The notes under the pieces are model-generated. The model did not search any database. It saw nothing but the letters and a program-made list of their open reading frames with translations, and was not told the origin of the DNA. Below, one piece after another: positions 26,956-37,031 of a stretch of 64,000 nt of DNA (within the stretch, counting starts at the first letter, position 1; the number at the start of each line of letters is the position of its first letter). The position numbers were made by a program, and so were the translations under genes. The DNA comes from Bacillota bacterium (GTDB lineage Bacteria; Bacillota; Clostridia; TANB77; CAG-508), in assembly GCA_963929915.1 (NCBI GenBank), contig CAWVJY010000002.1, forward strand, positions 17,798-81,797. Reading direction: 5' to 3'.

Positions 26956-27267
26956 CTATTTAACCATTTTTTCTAATTCGGTTTTTGGTGTTACACCTAC
27001 TATTCTTGCAGTTTCACTGCCATTTTTTATTACAATAAATGTAGGTATACTCATTATTCCATATTTTTCTGCTAGTTCTGGGTTTTGGTCTATGTCTATT
27101 TTACATACTTTAACTGCCTCTCCCATGGTTTGTGCTAATTCTTCTACTACTGGTGCCATCATTCTACATGGTCCACACCATGTTGCCCAAAAATCAATCA
27201 ATACTGGTGTATTGGATTGTAACACCTCTTTTTCAAAATTGTTATTATCTACTGTAATAACTGCCAT
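26956..27267 (-). CDS. trxA: thioredoxin
   Basis: 103 aa with the WCGPC active site. Confidence 0.93.
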   Translation of the reverse strand: MAVITVDNNNFEKEVLQSNTPVLIDFWATWCGPCRMMAPVVEELAQTMGEAVKVCKIDIDQNPELAEKYGIMSIPTFIVIKNGSETARIVGVTPKTELEKMVK

Positions 27268-27304
27268 TTTTTCATCATCCTTTCTAATTTATTTTTAAAT
27301 TTTT

Positions 27305-28154
27305 TTATGATTTCAACACTGCTAGCCCTGCTACTGCACCTTCATAAACTGCTTTACTAATTTGTAATAATCCTCCTGTGCAATCTCCACAAGCAAATAG
27401 TCCAGGTACTGTTGTTTCCATATTTTCATTTACCACAATTCGATTGTTTTCTATTCTTGCTCCAATTTTTCTTGCTAAGTCGCTACTAGATGCTGTTCCT
27501 AATGCTACAAACACTCCTTGTACTGGTTTTATGGTATTGTCTTCAAATTCTATTTCTTGTATTTTGCTATCTCCTCTAAATTCTCTAATTTTTTTGCTTT
27601 CTATTTTAATGTCTCCTATGTTTCTATTTTCTACAATAGGCTCTCCATTGGTTAGAATAGTAACCTCTTTTGCTACTGGTTTTAGTTGTTCCATTTCGTG
27701 GATAGCATAGTTGCCATTTCCTAAAACTGCTACTTCTTTATTTTTATAGAAAAAGGCGTCACATACTGCACAATAACTTACTCCTTTTCCTTCAAATTCT
27801 TTAATTCCTTTAATTGGTGGTACCATTCTATTTGTTCCTGTTGCTAATATTACAGATTTTGCTTGATAATGGGAGTTAACAGTTTCTACTTCAAATTTTT
27901 CTTCTAGCTGTACAGAAACTACTTCGTCCTCTATTAGTTCCACTCCTAAATTTTTAGCTTGTGCCAAGCCATTTTCATAAAGTTCTTGCCCTGAAATTGC
28001 TCTTGCAAATCCATAATAGTTTTCTATTTTGCCTGTTTTTGCAAGTGCTCCATTTCCTTTTGAAATTACTAAAACAGATAATTTTCTTCTTTTGGCATAA
28101 ATAGCAGCCGATATTCCGTGCGGGTCCACTTCCTACTACAATTACATCATACAT
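27305..28154 (-). CDS. trxB: thioredoxin reductase-like flavoprotein with an apparent 1-nt insertion near the 5' end
   Basis: CAVCDA redox-active site, NAD/FAD-binding GxGxxA motifs, GLFACGDC. The N-terminal MYDVIVVGSGPA is in another frame (extra C near 28121-28126). Confidence 0.85.
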
Positions 28155-28225
28155 GAATTGATTCTCCTTTAATTTTTATTATATTCTAGCTTTTAACCTT
28201 CTATACATTTCTCTAGTTTCATTTT

Positions 28226-29128
28226 TTACAGAATATCATATAAATTATAAAAAGTATAGCCCTTTTCTTTTAAATAATGAATAACATCTGGCAAAGTTTT
28301 AGCTGTTAAGTCTTTGTTTGGTGCATCATGCATTAATATTACTACACTATTTTGATTTCCACAAGTGTTTTTTAAGTTTTTCATAATTTCTTCTTTTGTA
28401 CTTGCTCCATCTGCATCATAAGTAAGTGCATTCCAGTCTAAATAGGCAATATGATTTTCTGTAAAAACTTTTTTGGCTTTTTTCTTAATTTTGTCGTAAT
28501 AGCCTCCTACAGAACCTCCTGGAAAACGAAATACATTGGAATTATAGTTTGGATTTTCTAAGGCATCTTGTATTAGCTTATTTGTTTTTTTATATTCTTC
28601 TAATGGTGCAGTTTCATTTTTATATATGTTTTTATAAACATGAGAATATCCATGGTTTGCTATATAGTGACCTTCTTCTGCTTCCCTTTTTAATATTTCT
28701 GGATTTGATTTTACCATAGTTCCTAATACAAAAAAGGTAGCCTTTACATTCTCTTTTTTTAATGTATCCAAAATTTTTGGTGTAACAGAATAAGATGGGC
28801 CATCATCAAATGTTAAAAATGCTCTTTTTTCATCTGAATTATAAATATGGTTAATGGCTTGTATTTGTTCTTTAGTTAGTTTTCCTACAGTTTCATTAGC
28901 ATTTTCTTCCTGCTTATTATTTTGCTCATCTTCTTGCTGATTATTAATAGGAGAATTTATTTGTTCTTTCTCTTTTTGTGCCACATTTTTTTGAGTGTTT
29001 AAATAATTAACTAACTGAATAGCACCCAAAATAGAAAGTGCTATTACCAAAATAGCAATTATAATAATAAAAATCCATTTTTTCTTACTTTTCTTTTTAG
29101 CTACACTTTCTATTCCATATAACATCAT
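28226..29128 (-). CDS. membrane-anchored polysaccharide deacetylase (NodB homology domain)
   Basis: N-terminal TM helix. TFDDGPS, HGYSH and LMHD motifs of the CE4 family. Confidence 0.88.
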   Translation of the reverse strand: MMLYGIESVAKKKSKKKWIFIIIIAILVIALSILGAIQLVNYLNTQKNVAQKEKEQINSPINNQQEDEQNNKQEENANETVGKLTKEQIQAINHIYNSDEKRAFLTFDDGPSYSVTPKILDTLKKENVKATFFVLGTMVKSNPEILKREAEEGHYIANHGYSHVYKNIYKNETAPLEEYKKTNKLIQDALENPNYNSNVFRFPGGSVGGYYDKIKKKAKKVFTENHIAYLDWNALTYDADGASTKEEIMKNLKNTCGNQNSVVILMHDAPNKDLTAKTLPDVIHYLKEKGYTFYNLYDIL

Positions 29129-29220
29129 AAAAACACCTTAAATTGACATATTTCTGTAAAATAGTATACACTATTTTTCAAAATTTTAATAGCCAATTTA
29201 AGGTTTTTATTTAAAAAAGT

Positions 29221-29354
29221 ATTAGAATTGTCTTTTGAAATTTTTAAGCCTTGCGTGGGTGACCATTGTGACAGCTGTTCGAGGCATTATTTATGCCGAG
29301 TTACAGATGTCCAAAAGGGGAAAGGTTTTAAAAATTGAAAAAGACAATTCTAAT
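29221..29354. repeat. 134-bp nested imperfect palindrome with a GC-rich core
   Basis: Outer arms ATTAGAATTGTCTTTT / AAAAGACAATTCTAAT. Inner helices GACAGCTGT/ACAGATGTC and TCGAGGCAT/ATGCCGA. Lies between the Ca-ATPase stop and the deacetylase start. Confidence 0.6.
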
Positions 29355-29370
29355 ACTTTTATTACTATTT

Positions 29371-32142
29371 TTACTCCTCTTTCGTTGTATTAATTTTAAG
29401 CAACTTAAATATTTCTACAATTACAACAGGCATTAATACTAAAATAACAATTTCAATAATATTCATTGCTGGCAATACTGGTATGCTGAAAATGTGTCTT
29501 AATGCTGGTACACATAATATAATAATCATTAAAGCTGCTGACACAACAGTTGCTAAAATTAATTGTTTATTATTGAAAATTCCTGTTTTGAAAATTGATT
29601 TTTTGTTATTTCTAATATTAAATACATGCACTAATTGTGATAAAGCAAGTACAGTAAATGCCATTGTTTGGCCTATTTCTACTCTTACTTCTTCTTCGGA
29701 AAGAGTTTCTACAATTCCTTGGCTATTGGTTACTTCTACAACTGGTAATTGGTCAGTTGGTGTAGAAAGTCCAATGATAAATGCAATTAAGGTAATGAAA
29801 CCTATCATCATTCCTTGGTAAATTACTCTCCATGTCATTCCTTTGGTGAAAATTCCTTGTTTTGCTTTGTTTGGTTTTCTATCCATTACATCTTTTTCTG
29901 CTGGATCGACTGCTAAAGCTAGTGCTGGCAAGGAGTCTGTTACCAAATTAATCCATAAAATATGAATTGGTAGTAATGGTACAATTAAGTTGACATCTGT
30001 AATTCCAAACCATTCGCTTAGTAGTGGAGTAATTAATATAGCAACAAATAATACAATAATTTCCCCTACATTGCTAGATAATAAAAATTGAATTGCTTTT
30101 AAAATATTATCATATATTCTTCTTCCTTCTTCTACTGCTGAAACAATGGTTGCAAAATTATCATCTGTTAAAATAACATCTGCTGCTTCTTTTGATACAT
30201 CGGTTCCTACAATTCCCATTGCACAACCGATATCAGAAGTTTTAAGTGCTGGTGCATCATTAACCCCATCTCCTGTCATGGCTACAATTTCTCCATTTGC
30301 TTGCCATGCTTTTACAATTCTTACTTTATGTTCTGGTGATACTCTTGCATAAACACTATATTGTCTAATATTTTTCTTTAAATCTTCGTCAGACATTTGC
30401 TCTAATTCACTACCAGTGATTGCTTCATTATCATTTTCTAAAATCCCCAATGCTTTTGCAATAGCAATAGCAGTAATTTTGTGGTCTCCTGTAATCATTA
30501 CTGTTTTAATTCCTGCCCTTTTACATTTTGCTACTGCATCTTTTACCTCTTCTCTTGGTGGGTCTATCATACCAACCATTCCCACATAAGTTAAATTCTG
30601 CTCAATTGTTTTCATTTCTTCCTCTGATGGTTCATGGTCTAATTCTTTATATCCCATAGCAAGTATACGAAGTGCATTTTGTGCCATTTCTTTATTTTGA
30701 ATGGCTATTTCATTTTTGTAATTTTCTAAATCTTGTTTTACTTCTCCATTTACTACATAACTGTTACATTTTTGTAATAGCTCGTCCACTCCACCTTTGG
30801 TATATACTACATAATGGTTTTCTAGTTTGTGAACGGTTGTCATTAATTTTCTTTCAGAATCAAATGGATATTCTTTTACTCTTGGATATTGTTCTAATAT
30901 ACTAGGCTCAAAATTTAAGTGAAATCCCATATCTATTAAAGCGGTTTCTGTTGGGTCACCTGTTAACGTTTTATCTGCCGCAATTTTTGTATCATTACAA
31001 AACATGCTAATATAAACAAGTCTTTGTAGTTCTTGTGGAATATTAGTAATATCTATTTTATCCATATCTACTAATTGGTTGTTATAAAATACTTTCTTTA
31101 CTGTCATTTTATTTTGTGTTAGTGTTCCAGTTTTATCAGAACAGATAACAGTGGTACTTCCTAATGTTTCTACAGCTGGCAATTTTTTTACAATGGCATG
31201 TCTTTTTACCATTCTTTGTACACCAATTGCAAGTACAATGGTAGATACTGCTGCTAGTCCTTCTGGAATAGCTGCTACTGCTAAGCTAACTGCTGTCATA
31301 AACATATCAATTGGATCTTTTCCATATAATAAACCAACTGCGAAAATAACAATACAGATTAAAATAGCAGCAATTCCTAATGTTTTTCCTAATTTGTTTA
31401 ATTTTTGTTGTAATGGGGTTTGAGTATCTATTGTTTCATTTATCATGCCTGCTATTTTACCCACTTCTGTATTCATTCCTGTTTCTACTACAATACCTTT
31501 ACCTCTACCATAGGTAATTAAACTAGAAGAAAATACCATATTGGTTCTATCCCCTAGTTCTACTTTTTCATCTTCTATGGTTGCTACATTTTTGTCTACT
31601 GGAACAGATTCCCCTGTTAAAGAAGCTTCTTGGGCTTTTAAGTTAACTGCTTCTATCAATCTTAAATCTGCTGGCACATAATCTCCAGTATCTAAAACGA
31701 CAATATCCCCTGGCACTAATTCTTTGGATGGCACTACTTCTACATTGCCATTACGAACTACTTTTGCCACATGAGAACTTAATTTTTGGAGTGCTTCTAA
31801 TGATTTTTCGGCTTTGCTTTCCTGTGCTACTCCAATAATAGCATTGACAATTACAACAATTAAAATAATAATAGAGTCTGTGATTCCTTCTCCTTTATAG
31901 TAGCCTACAATTCCTGAAATAATGGCTGCTATGATTAAAATAATAATCATAAAGTCTTTGAACTGTTCTAAAAATTTGACAAATAAGCTTTTTTTCTTTT
32001 TTGCAGCTAATTCATTAATTCCATAAGTTTGTCTATTTTTTTCTACTTGCTCTTTGGATAATCCTTTTGTTTCATCCACCCCAAAGTATTTTTCTACTTC
32101 TTCTGTTGATTGATGAAACCATACATTTGATTTTTTCTCCAA
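29371..32142 (-). CDS. P2-type cation (Ca2+)-transporting ATPase
   Basis: 923 aa with TGES, DKTGTLT, TGDHKITA, TGDGVNDAP and 10 predicted TM segments. PMCA/SERCA-like architecture. Confidence 0.9.
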   Translation of the reverse strand: MEKKSNVWFHQSTEEVEKYFGVDETKGLSKEQVEKNRQTYGINELAAKKKKSLFVKFLEQFKDFMIIILIIAAIISGIVGYYKGEGITDSIIILIVVIVNAIIGVAQESKAEKSLEALQKLSSHVAKVVRNGNVEVVPSKELVPGDIVVLDTGDYVPADLRLIEAVNLKAQEASLTGESVPVDKNVATIEDEKVELGDRTNMVFSSSLITYGRGKGIVVETGMNTEVGKIAGMINETIDTQTPLQQKLNKLGKTLGIAAILICIVIFAVGLLYGKDPIDMFMTAVSLAVAAIPEGLAAVSTIVLAIGVQRMVKRHAIVKKLPAVETLGSTTVICSDKTGTLTQNKMTVKKVFYNNQLVDMDKIDITNIPQELQRLVYISMFCNDTKIAADKTLTGDPTETALIDMGFHLNFEPSILEQYPRVKEYPFDSERKLMTTVHKLENHYVVYTKGGVDELLQKCNSYVVNGEVKQDLENYKNEIAIQNKEMAQNALRILAMGYKELDHEPSEEEMKTIEQNLTYVGMVGMIDPPREEVKDAVAKCKRAGIKTVMITGDHKITAIAIAKALGILENDNEAITGSELEQMSDEDLKKNIRQYSVYARVSPEHKVRIVKAWQANGEIVAMTGDGVNDAPALKTSDIGCAMGIVGTDVSKEAADVILTDDNFATIVSAVEEGRRIYDNILKAIQFLLSSNVGEIIVLFVAILITPLLSEWFGITDVNLIVPLLPIHILWINLVTDSLPALALAVDPAEKDVMDRKPNKAKQGIFTKGMTWRVIYQGMMIGFITLIAFIIGLSTPTDQLPVVEVTNSQGIVETLSEEEVRVEIGQTMAFTVLALSQLVHVFNIRNNKKSIFKTGIFNNKQLILATVVSAALMIIILCVPALRHIFSIPVLPAMNIIEIVILVLMPVVIVEIFKLLKINTTKEE

Positions 32143-32262
32143 TGTTCTTCTCTCCTTGTTCTTATTTTTCTCTTTTTCGTAAAAACTATTCTTTTATTTT
32201 CTTTTTTGTTATTATACTTTAGTTGTTTTTATATAACAATTGTTTTTAGTAAAATTTTTTTA

Positions 32263-32589
32263 TTAATAACTTAGCTTTTTTTGGATACCTAGCCCATCTC
32301 CATAGCAAATTAAAGTTTCTATTTTTTTATTTACTTTTTTTGGGATATTAGTTATTTTTAGAGATTGTTCAAAAATTTTTTTATTGTTTTGGTTTATGGT
32401 AAAATCAGATTGTTGTAATTTAGCTTGTTGTAATTTAGCTTCTTGTAAGTTTACTTCTGATATATTGGTTTCTTGTAACTTTAGATTTTGCAAGTTTAGT
32501 ACTTGTAGATTTGGGGCTTGTAATTGTTTTACAGGTTCTAGTCCAAATTTACTTTGAAACCAGGAAAAAATTCTTTTTATAATACTCAT
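32263..32589 (-). CDS. pentapeptide-repeat protein (108 aa)
   Basis: APNLQ VLNLQ NLKLQ ETNIS EVNLQ EAKLQ QAKLQ QSDFT shows strict 5-residue periodicity. The start overlaps the upstream stop by 4 nt (ATGA). Confidence 0.65.
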   Translation of the reverse strand: MSIIKRIFSWFQSKFGLEPVKQLQAPNLQVLNLQNLKLQETNISEVNLQEAKLQQAKLQQSDFTINQNNKKIFEQSLKITNIPKKVNKKIETLICYGDGLGIQKKLSY

Positions 32590-34172
32590 CTTTCTTCTCC
32601 CTTCTCACTTTTTTCTGAAGCGACGGAACTTTTAGATAAATCCACATATTGTTTTTCTTGTTCTTCTAATTCCCATGGTCTAAATCCATTTGCTCTTTCC
32701 AAATCTTCTTTATAACATTCAAATTGTTTTGTAAATTCTTCTTGTGGTAGTTCTATAAATTGTCCGGCTGTTTTATCTGCAAAGTAGAATTTTTTTCCTA
32801 ATTCATTTGAATTAAGATAAACATATAAAACTGGTCTTTTTTTCTCATCTTGTTTATGGTACACTCTATGAATAACACATTTGTTAAAGTTGAAGTTCTT
32901 ATCATTTAATAGGATATCTTTTAAAACACGCATAGTAGAATTTGGGCATGTAACAAATTCTGGACAAGCTTGAGAAAGTAGTAAAAATTGCTTTTGAATA
33001 TCTGTTTCTGGTTCATTTGCATAAAGTTCGTGTAACATCTTTGATTTTTCTATTAAATCTTTAATAGGAAATTGCCCATCTTTATCTGCTAGCCCAACAC
33101 TTGTAAATAATGCTCTTAAATTTTGTTCATTTAAGCTTAAAGTTATATTTCTTAATTGAGAATCATTTTTGTGACTATTGCTATCTTTTCCGTCTTCATC
33201 TATATCTAATTTTCTTGCTTGTTCATAACTAATACAAAAATTATCTGGTATAGCATTAAATCTATGGCTTGTTAAATTCCATGTTGGGTCTACTATGGTA
33301 TCACCTTTTTGTAATTCTCCATTTTCATCTGGAAGTTCTATATCTTTCACTTTTAGAAATGCATGATTTTCACTTTGCACAATTTCACTTTCAATACCTA
33401 TTCTTTGCAAAATATATTGTTCTACTGCTGCTATTCCATTACAAACACCATAACCAGAAGTAATAATTTTCCATAATGCCCTAGCATCTTTTGGGTTAAA
33501 CACTTCTGTCTCATAATCTGGAGTATAGCTTATTTTTTTACCAATAGCATGGTCAATAATCGCCATTTTTTGTAATTTAGAATAGCTAGGATCTAAGCTA
33601 TTAACAAGGGAGCTTATCCATTGTTCTGCTTTTTTATATTCATTTGGAGTAGAAAAAAATTGTATCGCGTAAGCTATTTCATTGCTTACTTCCATATTAG
33701 GGCAAATATCACATAATTGTAAAAAATTTTTTCTTTGTTCTTCATCAAATCTTTCTGGATTAACTCTCATTATGGCATCTAGTCCACGATAATCTTCCAA
33801 ATTTCTTTCTAAGTTTAAAATAACACGTCCAGTATATACTGATGTTGGAATACTAAGTGCTGTTTTATATTCTTCTGGGAAATCTGTAGTATCAATCTCT
33901 CGTTTTACCTTTTCTTTCAACGTTGCCAAGATTTCCATTTTCTCATTTAGTGTTAAATTAAAATTTTCTAAATTTATTACAACCTCTTTTTGTTGCTCAG
34001 CATTAAATTCACGTATAATTTCATATGGACGAATATCTATTGTACTACAAAATTCTTTACACTCTTGTAAAAATTGGTGTAAAGTTTCTATATCCAATAA
34101 TGATAGTATGTCTAATTTCTCATATTTTGTATGAGCTTTTTCTAATCTTTTTTTTAAAATTTGAATATCCAT
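32586..34172 (-). CDS. transglutaminase-like cysteine protease superfamily protein
   Basis: GYGVCNGIAAVEQYILQRIGIE...NHAFLKV...DTIVDPTW fits the Cys-His-Asp transglutaminase-core pattern. The N-terminal half is unrecognised. Confidence 0.6.
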   Translation of the reverse strand: MDIQILKKRLEKAHTKYEKLDILSLLDIETLHQFLQECKEFCSTIDIRPYEIIREFNAEQQKEVVINLENFNLTLNEKMEILATLKEKVKREIDTTDFPEEYKTALSIPTSVYTGRVILNLERNLEDYRGLDAIMRVNPERFDEEQRKNFLQLCDICPNMEVSNEIAYAIQFFSTPNEYKKAEQWISSLVNSLDPSYSKLQKMAIIDHAIGKKISYTPDYETEVFNPKDARALWKIITSGYGVCNGIAAVEQYILQRIGIESEIVQSENHAFLKVKDIELPDENGELQKGDTIVDPTWNLTSHRFNAIPDNFCISYEQARKLDIDEDGKDSNSHKNDSQLRNITLSLNEQNLRALFTSVGLADKDGQFPIKDLIEKSKMLHELYANEPETDIQKQFLLLSQACPEFVTCPNSTMRVLKDILLNDKNFNFNKCVIHRVYHKQDEKKRPVLYVYLNSNELGKKFYFADKTAGQFIELPQEEFTKQFECYKEDLERANGFRPWELEEQEKQYVDLSKSSVASEKSEKGEER

Positions 34173-34446
34173 TATTTCTCCTCTTTGGCTCTTTATCTCT
34201 TGTTTTGCATCTTTTCTTCCTTAAGTATTATTTTATAAAATTTGTTACGTTTTTATTTATTATACATTCACAAGTTACGAACTTTGTTCTCTTTCTAAGG
34301 ATATTATAGAATAAATAAAAATGATTTTCAATACTTATATAAAATAAATTCATAAAAAATGGAATTGGACAGTTTTTTTGGAATAAATATTGATAAAAAA
34401 TAATTTTTAGTATATACTATTAGTAGTTTATTAAAGGAGATATGCT

Positions 34447-35703
34447 ATGGAAATTAAAAGAAATTATTATTTAAATAAATTAATAGCTAAAAAAGAAAAC
34501 AAACTTATAAAAATAATTACAGGTATTAGAAGAAGTGGTAAATCATATTTACTTGATCCAATTTTTAAGAACTATTTACTAGAAAGTGATGTCAATGAAG
34601 ACCACATTATAAAATTAGAATTAGACTCTATTGAGAACGAAGAATATACTAATCCTAAAAAACTTTATGAATATATTATGAATAAAGTAATTGATAGCAA
34701 TACTTACTATATTATTTTAGACGAAATTCAAAAAGTAGATAATTTTGAAAGTGTTTTAAATAGCTTTTTAAGAAAATCGAATTTAGATGTATATGTAACA
34801 GGAAGTAATTCTAAATTTTTATCTTCTGATATAATTACTGAATTTAGAGGTCGTGGTGATGAGATAAAAGTTTACCCTCTAAGCTTTTCTGAATTTATGT
34901 CAGTATATGATGGTAATGAAGTAAAAGCACTAGATGAATATATAAATTATGGAGGATTACCTCTAATTACATCTTTTAAAACAGCCGAAGAAAAAATCGA
35001 TTACTTAAATTTTCAAAAAGATAATGTATATATTAATGATGTAATTGAAAGAAATGATATAAGAAACGATGAAGAATTAAAAACTTTAATAGAGATAATA
35101 TCTTCAAGTATAGGTTCTCTTACTAATCCAACAAAACTATATAACACATTTATTAGTAGAGGAAATAAAAATATTACAAATAAAACAATAGCATTATATT
35201 TAAAATATTTAGAAGAAGCCTTTTTAATTGAAAAATCTAAAAGATTTGATGTAAAAGGAAAGAAATATATTGAAACTCCATCAAAATATTATTTCGTAGA
35301 TATTGGAATTAGAAATAGTTTAATTAATTTTAGACAATTAGAAAAAAATCATATAATGGAAAATATAATATATACAGAACTTAGAAGAAGAGGTTTTAAT
35401 GTTGATGTAGGCGTTGTAGAAAAAAGAAATAATTTAGATAATGGTAAAAAAGATTATAAACAATTAGAAATAGATTTTGTAGTAAATAAAGGTAGTGATA
35501 AATATTATATTCAATCAGCGTACAGCATAGAGGATAATAATAAAAAAGAGCAAGAGCTACAATCACTTTTAAATGTGGGAGATAATTTTAAGAAAATAGT
35601 TATAGTTTATGATCATTTTATTAAATGGCAAGATGATAATGGAATAATATATATGAGTATATATGATTTTTTATTAAACGAGAATAGCCTTAAGGATGCA
35701 TAA
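34447..35703 (+). CDS. AAA-family ATPase with C-terminal DUF4143-like domain
   Basis: Walker A GIRRSGKS, Walker B ILDEIQ. The architecture is typical of the AAA_14 + DUF4143 proteins as I recall them. Confidence 0.75.
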   Translation: MEIKRNYYLNKLIAKKENKLIKIITGIRRSGKSYLLDPIFKNYLLESDVNEDHIIKLELDSIENEEYTNPKKLYEYIMNKVIDSNTYYIILDEIQKVDNFESVLNSFLRKSNLDVYVTGSNSKFLSSDIITEFRGRGDEIKVYPLSFSEFMSVYDGNEVKALDEYINYGGLPLITSFKTAEEKIDYLNFQKDNVYINDVIERNDIRNDEELKTLIEIISSSIGSLTNPTKLYNTFISRGNKNITNKTIALYLKYLEEAFLIEKSKRFDVKGKKYIETPSKYYFVDIGIRNSLINFRQLEKNHIMENIIYTELRRRGFNVDVGVVEKRNNLDNGKKDYKQLEIDFVVNKGSDKYYIQSAYSIEDNNKKEQELQSLLNVGDNFKKIVIVYDHFIKWQDDNGIIYMSIYDFLLNENSLKDA

Positions 35704-35775
35704 GAATAAAGACTGATAGAATTATATAAAATCTATTAGTCTTAAAAAAAGCTCCTACATAGGAGTACAAATCAA

Positions 35776-35850
<75 letters not shown>

Positions 35851-35996
35851 ATTATTATTTACTTTGTTCATACTGTTTTGCATGAACAAATAATATTATA
35901 AATGGTATTTTGTATTTTGTCAATTACTTTTATGAATTTTTTTTTCATTTCTTGCATATTTTTTTATAAAATAAAGAAAGGGTAAATGTACAAAAT

Positions 35997-36807
35997 ATGA
36001 AATTTCTTATTGATTATTGTAAAGGGATTTTAATTGGTAGTGGTGCAATTTTGCCAGGTATTAGTAGTGGTGTTTTTTGTGTTATTCTTGGTATTTATGA
36101 AAAATTAATTGATAGTGTGCTAAACTTATTTCATGACTTTAAGAAAAATTTTATTTTTCTTCTTCCTATTGGTCTTGGTGGAATTACAGGAGTGTTATTA
36201 GTAGGCAAATTGCTTAATTTTCTCTTTAATGAATACCCTATGCCAACTAAGTTTTGCTTTATCGGTCTTATTTTAGGTAGTATTCCTGTATTATTCAGGC
36301 AAGCAAATCAGAAAAACGGTTTTCGACTTTCCCATCTCCTTTTTCTAGTAATTGCTTTTTTTATTGGTTTTCTTTCTGTTAAATTAAAAACTATATTGCC
36401 AAATCTCATTAGCTTAGACTTAGGAGAAAATAACTTTTTCTATTTTATACTTTCTGGATTTCTTATGTCCGTTGGTATTGTAGTTCCTGGCGTAAGTAGT
36501 AGTGTTATTTTAATGTGTTTACGGTGTTTATAATCTTTATTTAGGTGCTATTTCTACTGTAAATTTATCTATATTAATTCCTATGGCAATTGGACTTTTA
36601 CTTGGAAGTCTATTGTTTTTAAAAGTAATTCAGTTTTTATTAAAACATTATTATACGCAAACTTTTTATGCCATTATTGGATTTGTATTAGGCTCTGTTC
36701 TCATTCTATATCCTGGATTTAACTTTAGTTTAGAAGGCTTTATCTCTATTGGATTATTCATTTTAGGTTTTTACATTGGTTTAAAGTTTGAAAAAGTCAG
36801 CCAGTAG
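35997..36807 (+). CDS. DUF368-family integral membrane protein, apparent frameshift near 36530-36585
   Basis: GILIGSGAILPGISSGVFCVILGIYE and a second VPGVSSSVIL repeat are typical of DUF368. The C-terminal 74 codons are in another frame. Confidence 0.75.
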
Positions 36808-37031
36808 GGACGGTCCTTTTTGGCTGATTTTCGACCATTGGGGACGTTCCCTTTTGGCTGAAAAACAACCAAAAGGGACACTCCTCCTCTTTTTTATTTC
36901 TAAATAAAAGGAATGTCCCTAATGTAGCTAAAAGTAATAGTAACTAAAATCAACAAAAAAATAAACGCTCCTAATAGCCGTAAAAGAAGTGTCCCAAGTT
37001 ACCCTAGATAGGGTAACTCTCCCCGTCCCTA
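36797..37031. repeat. GGGGACGG/GGGAC-core repeat cluster (type C and variants), at least 6 core copies
   Basis: TCAGCCAGTAGGGACGGTCCTTTTTGGCTGATTTTCGACCATTGGGGACGTTCCCTTTTGGCTGAAAAACAACCAAAAGGGACACTCC ... GGAATGTCCCTAATG ... GTGTCCCAAGTTACCCTAGATAGGGTAACTCTCCCCGTCCCTACTT. The TTGGCTGATTTTCGACCA word is shared with 61882-61900. Confidence 0.85.

Noticed and set aside
32410-32530. Tandem 15-bp DNA repeats
   Set aside because: The periodicity is the coding image of the pentapeptide repeats of ORF 32263-32589. It is not a non-coding satellite.
36797-37031. CRISPR array formed by the GGGAC-core repeats
   Set aside because: The units differ in sequence and orientation and have irregular spacing of 5 to 60 nt. 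There are no cas genes. The same words occur scattered at other loci.
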